Shown here in pieces: positions 1-4,823 of a stretch of 4,823 nt of DNA. Position 1 is the stretch's first letter; each line of letters opens with the position of its first letter. The notes under the pieces are model-generated. The model searched no databases. It was not told the origin of the DNA and saw only the letters and a program-made list of their open reading frames with translations. This stretch comes from a virus. Lineage: Duplodnaviria > Heunggongvirae > Uroviricota > Caudoviricetes. Location of the stretch: IMG/VR virus record IMGVR_UViG_3300013741_000060; one strand, given 5' to 3'. A program made the translations under genes and the position numbers.

Positions 1-591
1 GCCCGGACACTGACAAAATCCGTCAGGGGACGGGTTTCATCATCACAGACGGATGCTGCCACCTTATCCAGCAGAGGTTGTGATGCAGTGCCATTTCCGG
101 ACCGGGATAACACATAAAGAAAAACCCGGCCTTCCTGCGAATGCGTTTCCGGCCCGTAAGCCTTCACATCCAGCACATCAGGATCGGCACTTTGTGCAAA
201 ATAGTGGTACGCATTTTTCGCGCCGGCGGTGCTGAGCCGTGCCCATGACAACTGGATGCGTTCGCGAAAGGCGTCATCATCTTCATACACCGCCGGTGTG
301 GGCGGAATGGTGCTGTCGTCTGCCGGAGTAATGACCAGCCGCTGTACCTGATAATTNNNNNNNNNNAGCACGGACAGCATCATTTATCTGCTGGCGCATC
401 AACGCCACCCGAAAAGCCAGCGCCTCTGCCCATTTATACGCGGGATCAGATTCCACCAGAGCCGAAAACAACGTATCCAGCTCCTGATACTTCGCCACTA
501 TCTGAGTGACCAGCACAGCGGTATCCGGCATTTCCACCGCATCCGGTACCGGTATCGCGGACAGATCAATGATTGCCTGAGACGTTGCCAA
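1..591 (-). CDS. J: Baseplate assembly protein J (P2 gpJ-like), 5' portion; gene runs off the left edge of the window. Frame is broken by the N-run at 357-366; the true continuation is the frame with codon 356..354, not the tail of the listed 283..591 ORF.
   Basis: N-terminus (M)ATSQAIIDLSAIPVPDAVE...MRQQINDAVRA resembles P2 gpJ MPIIDLNQLPAPDVVE...RQRVNEAARA. My manual translation of the minus strand from 356 to 1 gives NYQVQRLVITPADDSTIPPTPAVYEDDDAFRERIQLSWARLSTAGAKNAYHYFAQSADP...YVLSRSGNGTASQPLLDKV...ETRPLTDFVSVR, which parallels P2 gpJ (NYNTTRLTITPADDSTIPPTPAV...AGSVGAYQYHGRSADG...SVLSRENNGVASEDLL...DVRPVADRVTVQ). Start is TTG at 591..589 with an in-frame TAA just upstream and AGGAG 7 nt upstream. 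Confidence 0.85.
357..366. other. Run of 10 N (masked or assembly gap) inside J
   Basis: Seen directly; the J reading frame differs by one position across it. Confidence 0.99.
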
Positions 592-922
592 TTTTTATCT
601 CCTCGAGTCGAATCGTGTCCTGAGTTTCGTTATTCACCCCGACAAGCGTCAGCCACGCGCTTCCTTCTCCTGTCCACGTCACTTCCACCCGCCGGAGAGT
701 CAGACGTGGTTCCCAGCGTTCAAGGGCAGTTACCGTTTCACGAACAATTCTCACCTGCGTGAAATCATCCTGTGGGTTATCAAGCAGACTGAAAAGTCTG
801 CTGCCGTACTCCCTGAGCAGGACCCGACTGCCGACCGGTGTTGACAAAATATCGGTGACGGACTGGCGCAGATGTTCGTTACCGTGCAGATATCTGCCGG
901 TTGCTGAATCAATACCAATCAT
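566..922 (-). CDS. W: Baseplate assembly protein W (P2 gpW-like, GPW/gp25 family), 118 aa
   Basis: Listed ORF 566..922. Motif ILSTPVGSRVLLREYGS matches P2 gpW ILRTPVGSRVMRRDYGS; size is about that of P2 gpW (~115 aa); lies between V and J as in P2. ATG at 922..920, stop TGA at 568..566. Confidence 0.85.
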   Translation of the reverse strand: MIGIDSATGRYLHGNEHLRQSVTDILSTPVGSRVLLREYGSRLFSLLDNPQDDFTQVRIVRETVTALERWEPRLTLRRVEVTWTGEGSAWLTLVGVNNETQDTIRLEEIKIGNVSGNH

Positions 923-955
923 GTTGTTTATTCCGGAAAAAGAACAGAAAGGAGA

Positions 956-1536
956 TTACATTTGCTGACCAGGCTGTCCGGTGCTGCCACCACTGTCGCC
1001 CCGGTGATTGTGACCGTTATAGACAATTCTGATTTGACTCATCGTTCCGAGATAATCAGAAACCTCACCACCGACCATCAGATCCGCCTTAACCACCGCC
1101 TCAGCATTCATGGTTGCTTTACCCTGTACGGTCAGGGTGTCAGTGACTTCTACCGGACCGTCCAGGGTTCCCCTGCCGGTAATTTTATAGCTACCGCCTT
1201 CAGCCAGCGTGATGGACAGGGCATTAGCCTGACGGTCGTAACGGATTTCCGTTCCGGTATCAAACAAAATAACATGTTCGTATTCACTGCCCTCAGGGAC
1301 AGGAATGGCGTCAATNNNNNNNNNNNNNNNNNNNNNNNNNNNNNNNNNNNNNNNNNNNNNNNNNNNNNNNNNNNNNNNNNNNNNNNNNNNNNNNNNNNNN
1401 NNNNNNNNNNNNNNNNNNNNNNNNNATCCACCCGAACCATCACCGGGCTACCCGGGATCACCTCGTCCACCACGCCGCGACGGACCATGTCCGCCACCCT
1501 GCGGCGTAACTCAGCCACTTCATCCGCCAGACTCAT
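956..1536 (-). CDS. V: Baseplate assembly protein V / baseplate spike (P2 gpV-like, Mu gp45-like); spans the 110-nt N-run 1316-1425
   Basis: N-terminal part MSLADEVAELRRRVADMVRRGVVDEVIPGSPVMVRVD (ATG 1536..1534, GGAGG 9 nt upstream) parallels P2 gpV MNTLANIQELARALRNMIRTGIIVETDLNAGRCRVQ. C-terminal part ...FDTGTEIRYDRQANALSITLAEGG...IVYNGHNHRGDSGGSTGQPGQQM parallels P2 gpV ...FPDGAVIEYEPETSALTVSG...HTHKHPGDSGGTTGSPL. Stop TAA at 958..956. The two halves are in different coordinate frames, so the N-run length is not exact. Confidence 0.8.
1316..1425. other. Run of 110 N (masked or assembly gap) inside V
   Basis: Seen directly; the V N-terminal and C-terminal halves are in different coordinate frames across it. 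Confidence 0.99.
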
Positions 1537-2083
1537 CACTGGTGCCCTCCGATTTCCAGATAAGACGATAATCCTGCTCATGTCTCTTGCCGGTTTCCGG
1601 TACTTTACCCAGCCAGACTTCCTGTAACGGCGCACCAGCCTGAACCGCAAACGGATCTTCGCCGACCGGAATGTCCTGTTCAAAAGAGACACGGAAAACG
1701 ATGTAGTCGTCCAGCTGCCGGTCGAAGGTATCCACCTCAGCATCGATAAAAACCGCCGGATCAACGTTATCCAGCCCGAACGTGGCTCCCTCAATCCAGT
1801 CAGATAAATCCATCGCCAGACAACGGGCAAAAATCTGCGGTTTTGGCACGTTTTCCGTCTTCCCGGCCCGGTCTGTCACCACAAACAGATCACATTTCAT
1901 CGTGACCCGCGTCTGCCCGTCGGCAAACTGAGCCTTGTCCCAGCCCGGTACATCCACAAACACAGCAGGCGTCACCAGTTGCGTCACTTTTTCCGGGTAC
2001 TCATCGGCATCTTCCACCCAGGGAATTTGTTTCAGACTGTCAATCACCGCCTGATGCCAGGCTCCCATCATCAATGGCTCCAT
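1520..2083 (-). CDS. Putative head-tail joining / tail terminator protein, weakly lambda gpU-like, with a ~50-aa C-terminal extension (187-188 aa)
   Basis: Listed ORF 1520..2086 (GTG 2086 or ATG 2083; AAGGGG upstream). Weak collinear resemblance to lambda gpU: AVIDSLKQ vs AVLDALEK, PAVFVDVPG vs PAVAVYLTG, DYIVFRVSFEQ vs LTYVITYEM. Position after FII and the Z-like gene matches lambda order. Start overlaps the Z-like stop (TGATG); stop overlaps the V start by 17 nt. Confidence 0.5.
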   Translation of the reverse strand: MEPLMMGAWHQAVIDSLKQIPWVEDADEYPEKVTQLVTPAVFVDVPGWDKAQFADGQTRVTMKCDLFVVTDRAGKTENVPKPQIFARCLAMDLSDWIEGATFGLDNVDPAVFIDAEVDTFDRQLDDYIVFRVSFEQDIPVGEDPFAVQAGAPLQEVWLGKVPETGKRHEQDYRLIWKSEGTSDESGG

Positions 2084-2805
2084 CACTCCAGCCCCTTAAA
2101 TACCCGGAATTTCAGTTCATGCTCAAAATTTTTCAGGATCAGTGCTTCCGCATCCGGAAAAACAAAATCCTCTATACGGTTCAGCATGGCTTCATAAATA
2201 TCAATTTCCGTTTCACGCACCCTCCGTCGTCCGGATGCCTGTCGGATCAGTATCGTTTTCCTTTTTGATATACGTCCGTTACGATTTTCCGCTTCGAACT
2301 GGTTGATAAAGGAATCATGCGTTGACCAGGTGGTGACAGGCAGGGATTCCCCGGCAGGTTTAAAACGGATCTCCCGTGCCTTCCTGAGGCGGGAAGCTGG
2401 TGCAAAACGCCCCCGCTCATCGCGCAACTGATGGCGTTCGCCGCGTCGTCCCCCACTGATGCGTCCGCGCAGATCGCGTACTTTGATGGCGTTCAGACCG
2501 AACCATACCTTCGCCTCATCAAACTCATCACCGTTACGACGAATGATAAAATTATGCAGAACACGCTTTTTGATCATTTTCTGACTGCGTGGGGCAACCT
2601 GTTTTTTAAACTCTGCCATAGCCTTCATCCGCAGTGCAGACGTGGCTCTTTTCAGCGCCACGCCCCAGGCTTTACGGATCTGACTTTTTGACCCACCCAG
2701 TTTAGCGATAATTTTCAGCACCTCATCTTCATCAATATCGACGACGAGGTTTCGTGCCAGCCGTCGTTGCCGGGCACTGCTTCGTTCATGCTCTCTGACT
2801 GCCAT
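2083..2805 (-). CDS. Putative tail completion / minor tail protein, lambda gpZ-like (~240 aa); start codon uncertain
   Basis: Listed ORF 2083..2907; the most plausible start is ATG 2805..2803 (MAVREHE...), overlapping the FII stop by 20 nt. Arg/Lys-rich protein with stretches resembling lambda gpZ (IIRRNGDEF..GLNAIKV vs IKVNRGDLPVIKLGNARVV; RISGGRRGER vs RRRRRKKGQR). Sits immediately after FII as in lambda. A P2 gpR/gpS-type tail completion protein cannot be excluded without HMM searches. Confidence 0.5.
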   Translation of the reverse strand: MAVREHERSSARQRRLARNLVVDIDEDEVLKIIAKLGGSKSQIRKAWGVALKRATSALRMKAMAEFKKQVAPRSQKMIKKRVLHNFIIRRNGDEFDEAKVWFGLNAIKVRDLRGRISGGRRGERHQLRDERGRFAPASRLRKAREIRFKPAGESLPVTTWSTHDSFINQFEAENRNGRISKRKTILIRQASGRRRVRETEIDIYEAMLNRIEDFVFPDAEALILKNFEHELKFRVFKGLE

Positions 2806-3187
2806 AACGTTTACTCGGTCGTTCCGGTGCAGCAGGTGTATTTCTCCCCGGCTCTCCACGTGCAAGGGTGATGGTAATCCCCCCCTGACCCGCAGTGCCT
2901 GACTCATCCCAGCCGGGATCGACTACCTGATAGGGTTCGCCGTGGATCATGACCCTGTCATATTTTTTCAGACCGGCGGCCCATGCGCTCCGGGTAAATA
3001 ACACGGGCGCAGTATCACGAATTTCGCCGCTGCCAGTGTTTATCCCGGTGTTATCTGCCGGGGCATCAAAAACGGCACGGATTTTTCTTTCCGTGCCGCC
3101 CGGATATATGCTGATTTCCGTCCCCATCGTATCCAGGATGATGTCATCCGCATCGCTCATGGCCTGATCGAACAGATTATCGAACAT
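2786..3187 (-). CDS. FII: Head-tail joining protein FII-like (lambda gpFII family)
   Basis: MFDNLFDQAMSDADDIILDTMGTEISIYPGG...IRAVFDAPADN...PVLFTRS parallels lambda gpFII MADFDNLFDAAIARADETIRGYMGTSATITSGE...IRGVFDDPEN...PSLFVRT. ATG at 3187..3185 with GGGAG upstream (the listed ORF begins 2 codons earlier at GTG 3193). Stop TGA at 2788..2786. About 16 aa longer at the C-terminus than lambda FII. Confidence 0.8.
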   Translation of the reverse strand: MFDNLFDQAMSDADDIILDTMGTEISIYPGGTERKIRAVFDAPADNTGINTGSGEIRDTAPVLFTRSAWAAGLKKYDRVMIHGEPYQVVDPGWDESGTAGQGGITITLARGEPGRNTPAAPERPSKRYGSQRA

Positions 3188-3189
3188 CC

Positions 3190-3555
3190 TCACTCCCGGA
3201 TTTTTTCTGCCAGACCGTCCGCCAGCAACGCAGGAACTGCGGCTTCATTAACCAGCACAACACTGGAGGCCCGGGCAAACATCAACATTTTTCCCGTCAC
3301 AGCATCACAGGCTGGCATATGCGCCGTTTTCAGCATACGCACCCGGGCGAGTCCCCGCTCAGAATGCATTCCGTCGCCGGATGCATCGTTGCCCACATCT
3401 TCCTTCCCTGTCTCCTCCCCATCAAATCCGGCGGCCTCCTCTTCCCATTCCGCCAGGCGCTGCTCAAGATCGGCTTTTGAACCTGAAATATCTGCTTCAC
3501 GCCCCAGAATCACTGCCAGTTCCTGCAAACGTTCAGTCATCTGCTCTTTTGTCAT
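3190..3555 (-). CDS. FI: Head assembly / DNA-packaging protein FI-like (lambda gpFI family)
   Basis: MTKEQMTERLQELAVILGREADISGSKADLEQRLAEWEEE parallels lambda gpFI MTKDELIARLRSLGEQLNRDVSLTGTKEELALRVAELKEE, followed by an acidic Gly-rich linker and a C-terminal domain as in gpFI. ATG 3555..3553 with GGGAGAG 7 nt upstream (listed ORF starts one codon earlier at GTG 3558). Stop TGA at 3192..3190, 2 nt before the FII ATG. Confidence 0.75.
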   Translation of the reverse strand: MTKEQMTERLQELAVILGREADISGSKADLEQRLAEWEEEAAGFDGEETGKEDVGNDASGDGMHSERGLARVRMLKTAHMPACDAVTGKMLMFARASSVVLVNEAAVPALLADGLAEKIRE

Positions 3556-3573
3556 CACATCTCTCCCGTGCGC

Positions 3574-3600
3574 TAAAGAAAAAGGCGGAATATCCCGCCC
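3574..3600 (-). terminator. Candidate rho-independent (probably partial) terminator directly downstream of the major capsid gene
   Basis: Minus-strand RNA 5'-GGCGGGAUAUUCCGCC-UUUUUCUUUA-3': a 5-6 bp GC-rich stem (GGCGG/CCGCC) with a 4-6 nt loop followed by a U-tract, starting 5 nt after the E stop codon and ending just before the FI ribosome-binding site. Confidence 0.4.
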
Positions 3601-3604
3601 CGTC

Positions 3605-4629
3605 TTATTTCACCTGAACCACCACAAACGCATCCGGATCCGGCAGCACCATCAACGGCGCAGACTGCGTCATGGTATATTCGCAACCAGGATCCCCCAC
3701 TTCCTCCCAGTGTTTCGGATAACGAATCGCAGAGGTGATCCCTTCACTCAGTGCCTGATTATCCTGAATGGCTCCATAACAACGGACGCCTTCCGCCTGA
3801 GTGTTCCCCAGAATCAGTGTACCTTCCGGCAGATAACGCTGTTCATCCCCGTTTTCGTCAACATACGTTGTCTTCGCCACCACAATTGCCAGATCGCCGT
3901 AATGGCCTTTAAAGGAAACCACGGNNNNNNNNNNCCCAGGTCTTTCAGTGCCGTTTCCAGCTCAGATTTGGAGCCACGGCGGGTATCCAGTTTTTCACGG
4001 AACAGTTTAAAACCGTTCAGCATACGCCAGACCGTGCCGTCCATAATCGCGATATTGATGGTGCCGGAAGCGAAATCGCTGTACGCATCCAGATCATGCG
4101 TCGGATCGAAGGTGTCAGCATTCTGCTGTGACCATTCGCGTCCGCCAGCCTGCGTAATGTTATTGGCGGCAGAACGCCCAAAATCCACTTCCACCGTCTC
4201 AAACTGCTCGCCGCTCATGGTGTATTTACCCTGCAGAACGGCACTGACCGCCTGCATTTCTTCCACCTGCACAATCGCCTGCTCTTCCTGTTTCAGGTTG
4301 TCCGTCAGAATACGCAGACGGCGGTAAGCCGGGTCATTAAGGCGAGCCGGATCTTCTCCCGGAAGACGTTCCACTGCNNNNNNNNNNNNNNNNNNNNNNN
4401 NNNNNNNNNNNNNNNNNNNNGTTTCACCACCACGGCTGCGCAGCACTTTGCCTGACACCACCGGAGACACATACGCCGCAACCGGTGTTTTGCCGGTAAT
4501 TTTATCCAGCATGACTTCCTGCGTATGGAAAGTGATCGTGCGACGAAAGAACAGCTCCAGAAACAGCGCACGAAAATTCACTTTCTGCTCGGTGTACCCG
4601 AGTAACTGACGCGTGGTAAATAACCCCAT
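3605..4629 (-). CDS. E: Major capsid protein (lambda gpE family); interrupted by N-runs 4378-4420 and 3925-3934, so listed ORFs 3814..4629 and 3605..3922 are two pieces of one gene
   Basis: MGLFTTRQLLGYTEQKVNFRALFLELFF...YVSPVVSGKVLRSRGGE...PGEDPARLNDPAYRRLRI...QVEEMQAVSAVLQGKYTMSGEQFETVEVDFGRS..NNITQAGGREWS...KLDTRRGSKSELETALKDL and ...KGHYGDLAIVVA...LGNTQAEGVRCYGAIQD...RYPKHWEEVGDPGCEYTMTQSAPLMVLPDPDAFVVVQVK are collinear with lambda gpE along its length. ATG 4629..4627 with AAGGA 9 nt upstream; stop TAA 3607..3605. The frame changes across the 10-N run. Confidence 0.92.
3925..3934. other. Run of 10 N (masked or assembly gap) inside E
   Basis: Seen directly; the E frame changes across it. 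Confidence 0.99.
4378..4420. other. Run of 43 N (masked or assembly gap) inside E
   Basis: Seen directly; E stays in the same coordinate frame across it. Confidence 0.99.
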
Positions 4630-4652
4630 AATTTATTTTCCTTCAGAAACAC

Positions 4653-4680
4653 AAACGGGCCGCATCGCGCCCCGTTTTTC
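4653..4680 (-). promoter_or_regulatory. Imperfect GC-rich stem-loop in the D-E intergenic region, just upstream of the E ribosome-binding site
   Basis: Plus strand AAACGGGCCGCATCGCGCCCCGTTTTT: arms AAACGGG/CCCGTTT plus an inner CGC/GCG with one C-C mismatch and a 3-nt loop. The T-run lies on the plus strand and the minus-strand 3' flank is only weakly U-rich (UUUGUGUUU), so function and orientation are unclear. Confidence 0.25.
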
Positions 4681-4697
4681 AGTTAATCACTTCACCA

Positions 4698-4823
4698 TCA
4701 GACGTGGCTGATGGCACTTCCCACAAATGCGTTGGCTTTTTTCACCGCATCCACAGAGTCAGGCCAGACCAGCGACTCAGTGGCAAACGTACCGCTTTTG
4801 TAGTACGTCAGCGTGGGTTCTGT
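4698..4823 (-). CDS. D: Head decoration protein (lambda gpD family), C-terminal 41 codons plus stop; start lies beyond the right edge
   Basis: My translation of the minus strand from 4823 gives TEPTLTYYKSGTFATESLVWPDSVDAVKKANAFVGSAISHV*, which parallels the lambda gpD C-terminus [39 protein letters not shown]. Stop TGA at 4700..4698. Confidence 0.85.
   Translation of the reverse strand, partial: TEPTLTYYKSGTFATESLVWPDSVDAVKKANAFVGSAISHV

Noticed and set aside
53-235. Short plus-strand ORFs (53..235, 759..968, 1979..2197, 2074..2268, 2431..2691, 2949..3167, 3381..3617)
   Set aside because: Each lies entirely inside a minus-strand structural gene with clear homology, and none has a recognisable motif or convincing ribosome-binding site. 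Treated as chance antisense ORFs.
283-356. C-terminal tail of listed ORF 283..591 (...LSGTAAGHYSGRRQHHSAHTGGV)
   Set aside because: Frame artefact caused by the 10-N run. The J-homologous reading frame after the gap is a different frame and stays open to position 1.
962-1627. Plus-strand ORF (221 aa) spanning the 110-N run
   Set aside because: Antisense to V with about half its length being N-derived X; no recognisable motif.
1572-1830. N-terminal portion of listed minus ORF 1150..1830 (MPVVWRWIYLTG...)
   Set aside because: Out-of-frame overlap with the U-like gene. The real gene here is V, starting at ATG 1536 with a strong GGAGG site; the upstream extension is Arg/Trp-rich noise.
2247-2456. 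Minus-strand ORF 2247..2456 (69 aa) inside the Z-like gene in another frame
   Set aside because: Alternative-frame overlap of the Z-like gene with no recognisable motif or start context; treated as a chance ORF.
2806-2907. Upstream extension of the Z-like ORF (MSQALRVRGG...)
   Set aside because: Would overlap FII by ~120 nt in another frame; more likely non-coding in that frame, with the start at or near 2805.
3389-4327. Long plus-strand ORF (312 aa) antisense to E and FI
   Set aside because: Fully overlaps the well-supported major capsid gene on the opposite strand. Its translation is low-complexity (Ser/Arg/Pro/Cys-rich) with no recognisable domain and includes the N-run; it looks like an antisense shadow ORF.
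4017-4571. Minus-strand ORFs 4017..4202 and 4305..4571 inside E in other frames
   Set aside because: Alternative-frame overlaps of the capsid gene with Arg/Cys/Trp-rich composition; no support as genes.
1-4823. CRISPR array, tRNA/rRNA, insertion sequence, integrase or attachment-site repeats
   Set aside because: Looked for direct or inverted repeats and RNA-like structure and found none beyond the two short intergenic hairpins. The N-runs are masked sequence, not repeats.

Overview
This 4.8-kb window is one continuous block of phage/prophage late (virion structural) genes, all on the minus strand and tightly packed with overlapping stops and starts. Reading in the direction of transcription (high to low coordinates): the 3' end of a lambda-type head decoration gene (D), major capsid protein (E), FI-like and FII-like head-completion genes, a Z-like and a U-like head-tail joining gene, then P2-type baseplate genes V, W and the 5' two-thirds of J. 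So a lambda-like head module sits directly against a P2-like contractile-tail baseplate module. Four runs of N (357-366, 1316-1425, 3925-3934, 4378-4420) interrupt J, V and E (twice), so exact lengths and frames there are approximate. I see no tRNA/rRNA, CRISPR array, integrase/transposase or inserted accessory gene, and no defence or toxin system; intergenic space totals under 150 nt. The most notable non-coding signal is a terminator-like hairpin plus U-tract immediately after the capsid gene. All family assignments come from my reading of the translated ORFs against remembered lambda and P2 proteins; no database search was run.
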